64,000 nucleotides of DNA from Eledone cirrhosa (Eukaryota), in NCBI GenBank assembly GCA_964016885.1, contig OZ024740.1:340070001-340134000 (forward strand). The letters are read 5' to 3'. This document shows, piece by piece, positions 28,420 through 41,265 of the stretch (its first letter is position 1; every line of letters starts with the position of its first letter). The position numbers and the translations under genes are program-made. The notes beneath the pieces are model-generated. The model did not search any database. It was not told the DNA's origin and saw nothing but the letters and a program-made list of their open reading frames with translations.

Positions 28420-28973
28420 GTGAGAGAGGAGAAGAATGAGAAGAGGAAGGAAGCACCCGCTCTTTGTGCTCCTGAAGAGGAGGGTTGCACATTTTTTAGG
28501 GGGTGTGTGCGACCCATGTCAACGCCCCTCCCTATTGAGGACATCGATTGTTAAATTAAATTTGTTATATGTTTTTTACACGTCTTTTTAAATGTATGTA
28601 AACTCCCCCCTTTGTATTTGTCCCAATCTTTGATGCCCTGGTGGCAAATAAATAGAAATATATATCAATAGACACCAATCTCTCCCCCTCTCTATATCTA
28701 ATATACAACACACTCTCCCAACCTTCCTCTATATATCAACTAACACCAATCTCTCCCCCTCTCTATATTTATCTCTCCCATCTGTCTCTGTATAATATGT
28801 ATATAAATTGTAGCGCATCTATAAATAGATGTGTGTTTTGGTAGTTTGGGGAGAAAAATATAATTATTGGTGGGGGTCAGCCGATTTCTTCCAGAAAGGA
28901 AAAAGGGTAAGAAAGAAAAGTGAGAAAGAGACCTAGAGGGAGAATATGCACGCACACACGCACACACACACGC

Positions 28974-29015
<42 letters not shown>

Positions 29016-29034
29016 ATTCGGTTCGTTTAATAAG

Positions 29035-30430
29035 CATAAGACTGATGATTGTAGCATCTTCACAGCTGATTACCGTGTCTTCTGGGTTCTTCATAGTCCT
29101 CTCTTCTTCGTCCATGACTCCGTCGATGACTTTTTAGACCAGCTACAGATCTGCACGGTTTATGGCACAAGTGGCAGATGAAAGCTGCTCTTCCCACGAG
29201 ATTGATGGGATTGCTGTGTGGCACACACTTTATGCACCATCATGTATCTTTTTAGTCCGGAGCTAGTTCTACAGACTTTATTGCATATCATTGCCTCACC
29301 AGGTCTTTGGAGAATGATGTTATGGGTTATTTTTTCGTGCGACTTCAGGTGACTAACGTAACCAGCTTTCAAGAGGAGTACACGTTAACAGAATTCACAT
29401 GGGACTCTGCAATATTCCATGCGGCAATGTGCCATGTCCAGCGCATTTGAGAAGTTGTTAGTGGAGACTCAATGCTTGGACATTCCACTCTGACAAGGAC
29501 ATCAGTGTCAGGAGTTCTGATTTGCCATTTGATTTTGAGTATACGTCTTAGACATTTCTGCTGAAAATGCTCAAGCAATTTGATATGTTTACGGTATAAC
29601 ATCCAGGTTTCGGAAGAGTATAAAAGAACAATCAAAACATACGTTCTATACTCACACACATTCATTGGTATTGATGGCAATATCGCGATCAGCCCAAACT
29701 CTCTTTTTCAATTTTCCGAAAGCAGCAGAGGCTTTCTGGGTGCGCACTGGTATTTTAGCGTCTAATGAGTCATCTCTTGACATGGTGCTGCCTATGTAGA
29801 CACATTTATTAACTACTCCTAGCCTGGTTCTATGAACTGTGATATTGAGTTCAGTATATGGTTCTCTAGAGACAGAAGTAAACATTGCTTTGGTTTTTTG
29901 TAAGGTTGATTGTAAGACGAAACACCATACACGAAGTTGAGAAACGGTCCTTAAGGTGCTATATATCAGTTTCTGTGTGTATTAAAAAGTCAGCGTCATC
30001 TGCGTAAAGAAGTTCTATGATCAAAGCTTAACAAGTTTTCGTTTTGGTATTAAACCTTTGGTTTGAATTGCCAGTTAGTTATCTGGCTCAAAGAAACTAT
30101 TTTCCAATCTTATTCTGAAATCAGCGATAAAAACATCACCAATACAAAACGGCATCCGTCATGACTGAGAATACGCATGCTCTCTCTCATGTCAAGGGAA
30201 GTCACTGCATTTATACATTTTCCATTACACCCTTTTCAAGTTGAAAACCTTTCCGGTGGCTCTGAACCTCTGAGGATGCCTTTGTCACAATCATAGCAAG
30301 CGTGTGTAAGCAAGGCAACACAAAAGATAGAGCAAAACGGGGGAGCAGAATATCATCTTGCTTTACCCCGTTGTCAATTGAAATTTCCCCAGTCAGTTGA
30401 TCATTGAAGGTAACTTGAGCTTCTATATCC
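29035..30430 (-). mobile_element. Degenerate RTE (BovB-type) LINE with C-terminal C2H2 fingers
   Basis: GVKQ (about 30365), ELLYADDA (about 30000), LLYSSETW, KCLRRILKIKWQ, CHLCHKPCRSVAGLKSHRRSH. Confidence 0.85.
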
Positions 30431-30929
30431 GAATCAAGATGACTGGTAGTTGCTTCAACTGCAGATTTTACAGAGTTTCCTTCTCACCTAATGACGTCTA
30501 TCGTATAACAGAGTACCAGTAGACTGTCGTCTTCTGGCACAGCCCAGGGAATATCTCGTCCCTAACTTGGGCTCTAGATAACTTTTTGTTTTAAACAAGT
30601 GCACCATATGAAAGTAGTCAACTAGGTATTAGGTAACCAGAACATAACACACACAGGTTAAAAGTTAAACAGTTTGAAAAATACGAAGCGAAAAAGCTGA
30701 AACTAGAAGACGGAAAAATTAAAATGCATTTACAAAAATAAATACACATATGTACATACTTTATTGGAAAGCCATTGACTGTGCTGAATTCCTCCACCCT
30801 TTGATGGGTTTTTCTTTTCATCCCACGGAGTATCCAGAAATCACCTTCCGCAATCAAGAGCGGGGAAAGAAACAAAATGGATAAAAATGTAATCGAGAAA
30901 TTTCGTTAACAAAGTCACCCTTTTTGAAG

Positions 30930-32605
30930 TTGGTAGTTAACCTGGGTCTGAATGATGCTTGCTTGGGGGCTCCTCCAGACAACGTCCTTGCAACTGCGAA
31001 GATGATGATTGAGGAGCTGGGTTGTAGGAGCCTTCATGTCAACAGTTCCAAATGCGAACACCCGGCTTCACATCAAGAGACTATTGACCTACTCACAGTC
31101 TTTCCCCTCCATCGAGGTTCCTCCTCCATCAGTATGGTACTCCCTTGGGACCCCAGTTACTGACCAAGCCTTCGAGTCCATCTTTCAATCTAAGTTGGCT
31201 AACCTCAAGCAACTTTTAAAAAACCTCGAAGTCATTGAGCCTCACCAAGGTATTTTTCATTCTCCGGAATTATCTGTCAATCCCTAAGTTGTATTTCTTT
31301 AGAGTTAGTCCGGCGCTTTGACGATCTAATATTCAGTGGGGTCGAGGGTTTGGTCAATGTCCGACTCTCTCCAGAGTCCCGCGACCAAGCTGCCTTACTC
31401 AAACAATTTGTAGGTCTCGATTTGCGTAAGTGTCCCTACCTTGCTTTCTTTCCTCCATTCACACTTGTTTCCCTTTGGTGGGTGACATTCTCTCCTTCCC
31501 AACTTTGACCAGGGAGTTGGATGAAGCTTTACTACAGTGGAGAGAGCTGGGTTTGTCAGTCCCAGTTACTGATGAGGATAGACGGAAGCAGAGAGTATGG
31601 GACAATCTGCGTTCGAGGGAAACTTCCAACTCTCTCTTTGATCTTTCCGATCAATTTTCTAGGTGCTGCTTACTTTCTGCTAGCGCAGAGTATCGGGGGA
31701 CTGGATTGATGCTCTGCCTGTGGCCAACATTGGTCGCCTTCTCAGTCAGGACGAATTCTGCAACTTCATTGCAATCGTGTGGGACCCGACATCTGTGGGG
31801 GTCTGAGATGCCGCTGTAGTAGGTCCCTCGACTCCACAGGGCTTCATGGTTTGTCCTGTCGCCTGAATGCTGGTCGTTTTGCCCGTCACACCGAGCTAAA
31901 CCTGATCATCAAACGGGCCCTGGCTCGGGTTAATATCCCCACAGTTCTGGAGCCGGCTATTTTCTCCAGAAGTGATGGGAAGAGACCAGACGGTCTTACA
32001 CTTTGTCCCTATGGGTGAGAGGTAGGTGTCTCATCTGGGACGTCACAGCCAGTGACTCTTTTGCTCCCTCCCACATCATGGATGCCACTGTGAATGTGGG
32101 GGTCACTGCTTCCGCTGCCGAACGGAATAAAATTCGGAAATACCAGGACTTATCAAACAATTATTTTTTCCAACCTGTGACGTTCGAAATGTTCAGTGGA
32201 GTTGGGTTGCTGACAGCGAAATTCTTGTCTTCACTGGCAGCTCGCCTTACTGAGGTGTCAGGTGATGCCCGTGAGGGTGCCTGTTTATTTTAGCCTCGCC
32301 ATCACCCGTGGTACTGTTGCAAGCGTGTTGTCTTGCCTAAAAGTGTACAATTAACCCCTAAGGTGTAGGGGTGCGGCCGATAGTCACACTTGGTGGTGAA
32401 TTGCCTCCTCTCCCTCCTTTTTGCCTTCTTTTCTTTCCTTTATCATTTTTGCTCATGAATTTATATTATTGTGTTATTATACACGGTTTAGATATATTTG
32501 TCCTGAACGAATTGCGGGTAATGTTTAGTGTTATTTGCGCATTTGTTATGTTATTTATGTATAAATTAAAACATATTTGCAACATTAATTTTTAAGAAAA
32601 AACAA
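30930..32605 (+). mobile_element. 5'-truncated CRE-clade non-LTR retrotransposon (RT remnant plus restriction-like endonuclease)
   Basis: CRC...GLHGLSC knuckle, RH..LN, DGKRPDGLTL and LIWDVT motifs; A-rich tail. Confidence 0.82.
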
Positions 32606-33628
32606 ATAGATCTTGTAGCGACCCCTTACGACTGGAACTCAGAACGTATAGGAGTTGCGTCTCTTTGTGACGGTCGCGACTCCCAGTGGCAGATACGTAT
32701 AGGAGTTGCGTCCCTTTGTGACGGTCGCGACTCACAGTGGCAGATCCATGTACTAAATGGAGTTGCGTCCCCCTGGGGACTATATATTTGAGAACTTAAG
32801 GCACTCTCTCTCTCTCACTTCCTACGCCGCAGCAAGAAGAACCACTTCAGACCTTGCCAAGAGATGACTCCTGTCTTCTCTCTCTCTCTACACGCTCCAG
32901 TCTGGGAGTTGCGACCAACTGACCATCAACATGTAGTAAAAATTATTTCTATTAATTTATTTGACTTCTGTGAAGTAAAACCATGTCACAACACTCACCT
33001 GCATTTATTGTCATTCTTAATAATATATATACAGTGATACTAACATTCTAAATTGGTGACACCGAAAAAAAAAATAGGAAATAGTATCATGTGTATATAA
33101 AAAAAAAAGAAAGAAAAAACATTTAATACAGAACAACACGTTTCATTCTGATCTGGCTGTATTTTACTGATTTCAGCATCTTTATCTGTAACATTTAACA
33201 ATCAAACTCCTCATATGTGCAAAGCGAACATTCCATTTATTTACGTACAAACACAAAAAAAAAATAATAAGATGGTATTGCCGCTAGTTTCCTAGCAAAA
33301 CAACAATTGTATGAATGTTTTTTCTTCTTTTCTTCTTTTCTCTGGCTAAAATTTTTGAGGATGACAAGATGGCGGCTTTCTTCTCCATCAATAGTGTTTT
33401 TGGCGCGAAATCATCCGCCATATTGGTTTTAGTTTTAAATTCCCTGCCTATACCTTGTTAATGACATCGCTCGGTTAGTCGCTCCTTTACATGTTGTCTC
33501 GGATGCATTCTTTTTCCTATCCAGTTGTTTGACAGCGAAAAAGAAGCGATTTTGTTTTCCTTTTCCCTCGTGTTGGAGACATTTTTCCAAACGGAGACAA
33601 TTTTTTGCAGATTACATACAGTATACCA

Positions 33629-34420
33629 ATGGCATCTCATTCTGTTCTACCTACGTACACGAGCGACGTAAGGTTATGGTTCGCCCAACTCGAAGCATTT
33701 TTCGAGGCGAACAGAATTGACAAAGCACAACAACATCCCCTAGTCCTTAGTGCAATTCCGCCGGCACTTATCCCAGCGATTAAGGACCTGGTGTTAGATA
33801 CACCCCTCCGACGCGACGTACAAGTCTCTGAAGGCTGAAATACTCAGTCCGCAGAAAAAAGATTTAGGGCTCTGGTCCATCTGGAGCATATCGGTGATGG
33901 CACCCCATCGAACTTCCTAAAGCGAATGAAGGATTTAACGGAGGGGTCGGTAGCGGAATCTGCCATGTTGAAGCAGTTGTTCTCGCGCCTACCTACCAAC
34001 GTAGAGGCAATTTTGGCCCCCATTAGGGATACTTGCACAGTGGATCAGCTTGCCGCCTCCGCGGACAAAGTTTTTGAAGTCACGGGTGCTTGAGGCAGCG
34101 AACCCCTTGCCGCTGGCTCCCAACCAGCTCAGGCCACACCTGACCATGCCATCTGCGCGGCAGCTCCTACAGAGAGCTTAGCCATTATGGCGATGCAGAA
34201 GTCCATTCAGGAACTCACCCTGGAGCTCCAGAAGATGAAGGTCTGGTGTGGTGCCCGTTCGCGCTCGCGCAGCCGCGGGAGATCTCAATCTTTTAGACGC
34301 CGCCCCAGGTCACCAGCTTTATCTTTATGTTGGTACCACAAGCGTTTTGCCGAGAGCGCGAACCACTGCGTGCAACCTTGCTCGTTTCATAAGGCGGGAA
34401 ACGCCAAAGAGGTCCGCTGA
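33629..34420 (+). pseudogene. gag: Gypsy gag (frameshift and stop)
   Basis: LWFAQLEAFF near the N-terminus; knuckle CWYHKRFAESANHCVQPCSF. Confidence 0.85.
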
Positions 34421-34438
34421 TGGGGGCAGTTGACCTCA
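34396..34438 (+). promoter_or_regulatory. Programmed -1 ribosomal frameshift signal
   Basis: G GGA AAC in the gag frame, 6-nt spacer, hairpin gaggtc...gacctc; pol is in the -1 frame. Confidence 0.75.
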
Positions 34439-37400
34439 ACATAAAGCCACCAAACCGCCATTTCTTCATTAAGGACCTGATGTCCGGAAGAGGTGTCCTC
34501 ATGGATACAGGAGCCTCCTGTAGTATTTGGCCGGTCCATTGCCTTAAAGATACCCCTGTGGAGTTATCTGTTACTCTGCAGGCCGTTAATCACTCGTCTA
34601 TAAAGACGTACGGACAAATCTCGCTTCCTCTCAAATTTCTAAATCTTCGTAGGGATTTTAAGTGGATTTTTACGGTTGCCGATTTGCCATACCCTATCTT
34701 AGGAGCGGATTTCCCCCACAACTTCTCTTTGACTGTGGACGTCCGTGGCCAACGCCTGGTGGATGACATCACCGGTTTTTCAATTCGTAGCCGGAAAGTC
34801 AATGCTCCAACAGTCAGCCCCATATTCTTCATCGCTGCCGCTGGAGACGCCTACTATTCGTTGTTAGGTTCTTTCCCGGAGCTCACTGATGGGAATTTTC
34901 GAGTCACTGAGCCAACACACTCAACTGAACATTTCATTTCCACCACCGGTGCTCCAGTGTTTTCGCGTCCATGCCGCTTACCGGCGGACAAATTAAAGGC
35001 AGCACAGTCCGAGTTCGACCATATGCTGCAGCTGGGCATTATTCGCCCATCCACGAGTCCTTGGGCTTCACCGTTACACATGGTGCCCAAGACTTCTGGC
35101 GACTGGAGACCCACGGGGGATTATAGGAGGTTAAATGCTATGACCGTCCCGGATAGGTATCCCATCCCCCATCTCCAGGATTTCGCATCGTCATTGCAGG
35201 GGTGTAAGATTTTCTCAAAACTAGATTTAGTGCGAGTTTACCACCAAATTCCGATCAGGAAGGAGGATATTCCGAAAACGGCGATTACAACTCCTTTCGG
35301 ATCCTTCGACTTTTTGACCATGCCTTTCGGACTCAGGAACGCCGCTAGCACTTTTCAGCGGTTCATAGACGAAGTCACTCGTGGTCTGGACTTCTTTTAT
35401 GCATACATGGATGATCTTCTCGTCGCTAGTTCCTCTCCGGAAGAGCATATGCGCCACATGCATCTCTTATTTCGGCGACTTCAGGATTACCGCGTTCGTG
35501 TGAATCCCGCAAACTGTGTTTTCGGTTCCACTTCGCTAAATTTTTTAGGCCACCTCATCGACGCCGAAAGTATTAGGCCGCTTCCCCAGCGAGTTCAAGC
35601 CATACAGGATTTACCTCCGCCTACTACACTTCACCAGTTGCGTCACTTCTTAGGCCTAATCAATTTCTATAAGCGTTTCGTTCCTCATCGTGCTAATTTG
35701 CTATCTTCCCTTACTGACATTTTAAAAAATCGTCGTAAGAAGAATGAGGATATTTCCTTGACACAAGGACAGCTTAAAGACTTCCAAGACAGCACTCGCT
35801 AGTTCGTCTTTGCTAGCCTACCCGATACCAGAAGCCAAGCTTTCGCTTTGTGTTGATGCATCTGATACCGCTGTGGGAGCAGTTTTACAGCAGTACAACG
35901 CTGGAAACCAACAACCTTTAGCATTTTTCTCAAGAAACCTGAAACCAGCAGAAACGCGTTACAGCACGTTTTGGCAGGAATTATTAGTCATATATGTCGG
36001 TGAAACATTTCTTTCATATTCTTGAGGGGAGAAATTTTACTGTTTTAACTGACTACAAACCTCTGACCTTCGCTTTGAGGGCTAAAGTCGACAGGTATTC
36101 ACCCAGAGAGACAAGGCACCTGGATTACGTTTCGCAATTTACAAATGATATCCAGCACATTGCTGACTCGCTTAACATAGCTGCAGACGCATTGTCACGT
36201 TTGCCAATCAGCTCCATCTCGTCATCCCAGGAGATCGTCTTAAGTCGTTTAGCTGCAGACCAACCTGCACTCTAATCGTTGGATACTTTTTCTGCCGAGT
36301 TTGCGACTTGCAACTTCAAATATCTGCCCTTGTCGACCACCGACAGGCAGATTCTATGTGATGTATCTACGGATTCACCACGACCTTATGTTCCTGAGAC
36401 TCACCGTCGAATTGTGTTCCTTGCTTTGCACAGCATTTCTCACCCAGGAATTTCAGCCACAGTAAAGCTCATAACGGCTAAATTTTTCTGGCCCAATATG
36501 AGACGAGAAATTACTGTCTGGTGCCGTTCCTGCACACAGTGTCAGAGATCTAAAGTCCACAGACACATCCGGACTCCACTTGGTACTTTCAGTACACCAG
36601 ATGCTCGGTTTCAACACATCACATTGATATCGTTGGACCTTGGCCATTCAGTAGTGGATATTCTTACCTCTTGACCTGCATCGATCGTTTTTCGCGATGG
36701 CCTGAAGCCATCCCCTTAAAAGACATTACTGCTGAGACTATAGCGCGTGCCCTGGTATCAGGGTGGATTACCCGCTTTGGCGTGCCAACAACAGTCACCA
36801 CAGACCGTGGTAGACAATTTGAGTCTCATCTCTTCTCTGAGCTGACAAAGATCATTGGTGCTCAACGGGTTCGGACCACGGCTTATCATCCTGCTTCGAA
36901 CGGAATGGTGGAACGATTCCACCGCCAATTAAAGGCCGCTCTTCGCGCCTATCCAGACTCTCAACGTTGGAACGAGTACCTTCCTATTGTGTTATTAGGA
37001 ATTCGGTCACCAATAAAGGAGGACCTTGGGTTCTCCCCGGCCGAATTACTGTATGGTGCTCCTCTAGCGTTGCCTGGGCAAATGCTTGCCCCTGTTGATC
37101 TTGCTTTTCAGGACCCTCTTTCCTACGTGTCTCGGTTGCGCTCCTATTTTCAGGACTTACCGCCCATGAATACTAGGAAACAAACTATTAAAGCTGCAGT
37201 CCCGAGGGATATTGCCTCGTGGACACATGTATTCGTCAGAAACGACGCCGTTACTCTACCCCTCACATAGCCGTACTCTGGACCCTACCGTGTGTTATCA
37301 CGCACTGAGAAATATTTCACAGTAGACATTAAGGGGTCCAGAGAGACAATTTCGGTGGATAGACTAAAAAGGGCATACAATGATGCTCATACACCCGAGC

Positions 37401-37540
37401 CACAAATACCCCAATCTTTCTCTCTTGTGCATACACCTGCTCCTTCTTCCCCACCTTCACCTACATACAAGACCACGACCCGTTCCAGTCGAAGAGTCCA
37501 CTGGCCCAAAAAACTCTGCCAAACTGTTTTTTATGTGAAC
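34420..37540 (+). pseudogene. pol: Gypsy pol (PR, RT, RNase H, integrase), disrupted
   Basis: DTGA, DYRRLN, MPFGL, YMDD, DAS, HHCC, TDRGRQF, VERFHR and PYSGPY, with stops and frameshifts. Confidence 0.95.
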
Positions 37541-38585
37541 TGGCCACTGGAGCCTCTTTTGTTTTTCTCTTTATTGTATTACTATGTATACATGTACCCT
37601 TTCGTTACTATTTCATGCCTGATTTATACATGTACCTTTTCGTTAATATTTCATGCCTGTGCTGGGAGCCCATACTTGTGGGTTCGCTACAGTTACCTTC
37701 GGGCTTTTCGCCTATCGTCTGGAGGAGGGTACTGTAGCGACCCCTTACGGCTGGAACTCAGAACGTCCCTTTGTGACGGTCGCGACTCCCAGTTGCAGAT
37801 CCATGTACTAAATGGAGTTGCGTCCCCTTGGGGACTATATATTTGAGAACTTAAGGCACTCTCTCTCTCACTTCCTACGCCACAGCAAGATGAACCACTT
37901 CAGACCCTGCCAAGAGATGACTCCTGTCTTCTCTCTCTCTCTTTCTCTACACACTCCAGTCTGGGAGTTGCGACCAACTGACCATCAACATGTAGTAAAA
38001 ATTATTTCTATTAATTTATTTGACTTCTGTGAAGTAAAACCATGTCACAACACTCACCTGCATTTATTGTTATTCTTAATAATATATATACACTGATACT
38101 AACATTCTAAAATCTTATATCTTCTAGAAATTGAAAAACAAAAATGAAAATTTAATGCATTGTTTTTCTTATTCTAAAAAATGAAATCACTTTTTATGAA
38201 GTTACTGATTATTTTGACCTTATGTTCCTGTAAGACAATAATTTATATTGTAATCTTTCTACTTGGAGACAAGACGGAAATTAATTATTAAATATTATTA
38301 AGGAGATGAACCAATCATCAGATTGACCAAGGAAACAATTGATCTTTTCGGAACCTCCTGGCAGAAGGAGCCGGAATTTGAACTCGATGTGTACAGAACT
38401 TGATGTTATACCGCAGAACAACCCGTCTGACTCTCTAACAATTCTGCCAATTCACTGCCCCTGGAATAAAGAAATCCTCTGAAAAATGAAAAGCAAAGTT
38501 AACTGCGTTGGGGTTTGAACACGAAGCGCAGATAGCCAGAACAAATACTGACTCTGCAAATTCATCGCCTATGTACCTAAGATAT

Positions 38586-38735
38586 AATTGTTTCTACTTT
38601 TGGCACAAGGCTAGCAATTATCTCAGTGCATTACTGGTACTTTATTTTAGCGACCCTGTAAGGATGAAAGAGAGATTTGAACTCAGATCGTAAAGGGCCG
38701 TAACTATGCTGCAAAGCATGGCGTCCGATCCTCCG
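38586..38735 (-). mobile_element. SINE
   Basis: Reverse complement of the 14125-14280 SINE; similar to 51588-51780. Confidence 0.7.
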
Positions 38736-38936
38736 AACCTAAAATATAATATTTCGAAGGACTGTTTGTATGCAGAGTTTTGGTTTCGGAAATAGAAATA
38801 TCAATATAAATTTATGTAGAGCTTTAAATTAAACAATTTGGGCTGTCAGATTGATTTAATATTTAATCAGAATACCAATATAAAAACGGACACAGCATCT
38901 GAAATCAGACATATCTAACAACTTTTTCATATGTAT

Positions 38937-39270
38937 TATGTCTTCGTTGGCGACTCGCTTTACCAAGGTGTCAGGTGATGCCCATGAGGGTACCTGGTTG
39001 TTTCATCGCCTTAGCCTCTCCATCACCCGTGGTAATGCAGCGAGGTATTGGCTTGCCTCAAAATATTCCGTTGACTCTTGTGATGTGCGGCCGATCGTCG
39101 CACTCAATGGTGAATTGATGGTCGTTTTCGCTTTTGCTTCCCCCTTTCGCTCTGGTCATATATTTTGGTGCGTTGTTTTTGTGAGGTTCTTAGCAATAGT
39201 TAATTGTATTTGTTACATGTGTTTATCAATGATATTATATTTGTAATGCTATTTATACAACCGTGGAAAT
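38937..39270 (+). mobile_element. CRE 3' fragment
   Basis: Homologous to 32225-32560; SGDAHEGTWLFHRLSLSITRGNA. Confidence 0.78.
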
Positions 39271-39282
39271 TACAAATATATA

Positions 39283-39475
39283 CAGACCTGTCAACTCTCC
39301 CCGTCAGACGGGGAGATCTCCCATTCACGTTGGGGTGGGTGAGAGATGTCTTCTCTTCTGAAAATGGGTGTAACTTTCATTATGTAAAATTTCACCATTT
39401 TGCCGCATTTCTCTTCGTTTGGGGTACTTTTTTTTATTTTACTCTCCGTTTGGGTTGAAGAGGTTGGCAGGTCTA
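39283..39475. mobile_element. MITE of the same family as 14032-14342
   Basis: TIRs cagacctgtcaac / gttggcaggtcta in an AT target; subterminal hairpin ctccccgtc-a-gacggggag. Confidence 0.72.
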
Positions 39476-40719
39476 TATATATATATATTTCTCCTCCCTT
39501 CACAGTGAACCGATCCATTCGCTTTATAGGGAAAACCAGACAGGTCTCGTTAAAAAAGAAAATCAAGAAAATAACCGAAGGGTTATATGCTGGATAACCA
39601 TTGTAAAATAAGGGAATGGAAGAGAGATATAAGTGTTTCTTTAAGGAAATGTAGTTATCAGATATTCATGGGCCCCTCGTTGGCTCATCTCCCACACATA
39701 CATACATTCTTGTAGGCTTATATAATGAAAGATAATTAAATATCGCTTTAAATTGTTAAATTCAACATCAAGGTAGACATTACATTATTTTGAAATTATC
39801 GTATTTGTCTCATTTGCCTGTAGTAATCAGCCTACATTGCTTGTATCGAGGTTCCTAATTATTACGTTTTACCAATATGTTGCTTAAACTACATAGAACA
39901 AATATTGCTGAACGTTTTTTGTTTTTTTTTTTCTTCATTTGCAAACCATTAAGATTGTTTTTTTTTTTGCATTTTCTAATTGCTTTGCAACAGAAAACTA
40001 TTAGTAAATTTGATCTGCTATATGAGTTTCAAACATTATAATTTAATATATGGACTGTTAAGATCCCTTGACTGTTTCCCTTCACCTTGTTCTATGATAC
40101 TTAGTTCAATAGTTTGGCTGTATATGTACGTTCATTTATATGTCAGTATGTTATATATGTGCATAATACTGTGCAGGCACAAATGACACTTGAGATTGAT
40201 ATGTGAAGGGGGGGGGGGTGCATTATTTCAGACATTAAACATAGTACGTGAGTTTCTTCCTATTTGGGGCAAACTGTTTTCTTGCACTTCACGGAATGGA
40301 GCAGAATATTTGGAGGTAAATTATTCTGGTGACCCCACATCATTTTTTTTCACTAGTAAAATGTACACGATCTATGTACTAGTGTTCAAATCTAAGCACT
40401 ATGGTGATGGTTCTTGTTCGCTAAAATATTTAGAAATAATTTGCGCCGTTTTAAAATATCTTGCTGTAAAAGACGAATTACGTTATATAAAACATTCTAG
40501 ATGAGGGTATCCCACCGGTGGGCGGTTTCTACTGTGGGTGGGCAATGACCAACTGAATAGAAAATGGTGGACGATTGGAAATTTTGATGGACGATATAGG
40601 ATTTTGAGTATTAAGAAAGTATTTCAACATTTGCTATCCGAAAAAGAATATTCAAATGAAATATGCAAAGAACCTGTATAAAAAAAATAAAACAGGAGGC
40701 TAAAGGGGAATAACGAACC

Positions 40720-41265
40720 AGTCTCATCTGGGACGTCACAGTCAGCGACACTTTTGCTCCTCCCACATCATGGATGCCGCGGTAAATATGGGGTCACTGC
40801 TTTCTTTGCCGAACAGAATAAAATCTGAAAATACCGGAAACTATCAAACAATTATTTTTTCCAGCCTGTGGTGTTCGAGACGTTTGGTGGAGTTGGGCCG
40901 CTGATAGCAAAGCTCTTGCCATCGTTGGCTGCTCGTCTTACTGGGGTGTTAGGTAATACCCGTGAGGGTACCCTGATTGTTTCAACGCCTTAACTCGTCA
41001 CCACCCGTGGTAATGCTGCGAGCGTGTTGGCTTGTTTCAAAATATTCCCTTGACCTTTATGATGTGTGGCTGATCGTCGTTTTTGTTTCCTTTCTTTTTT
41101 TTTCTTTCTCGCTCTGATCATATATTTTGGTGCGTTATATTTCTGAGGTTCCTAGCAATAGTTAGTTGTACTTATTATATATGTTTAGATTTGTGTTTAT
41201 ATTTTCATTCTGAAAGAATTGTGAGCAATTTGTAATGTTATTTATACAACTGTGAATAAGGTAAT
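40720..41265 (+). mobile_element. CRE 3' fragment
   Basis: Homologous to 32027-32560 (LIWDVT...FQPV.FE.F). Confidence 0.8.

Larger units (their letters stand above)
22973..28660 (+). mobile_element. Near full-length Tx1/L1-clade LINE
   Basis: 5'UTR, ORF1, ORF2 and 3'UTR ending in aaataaatagaaa; candidate 9-bp TSD tatatcaat. Confidence 0.92.
32614..38111 (+). mobile_element. Full-length degenerate Ty3/Gypsy LTR retrotransposon; LTRs 32614-33052 and 37733-38111; TSD ATCT
   Basis: LTR direct repeats, PBS tggtgacaccga at 33054, PPT ggaggaggg at 37721, domain order PR-RT-RH-INT. Confidence 0.96.

Noticed and set aside
17311-28660. The two Tx1 copies as one inverted duplication
   Set aside because: They differ at many, largely synonymous, positions and have separate TSDs; a shared flanking motif (about 17071 and 28807) is in direct, not inverted, orientation.
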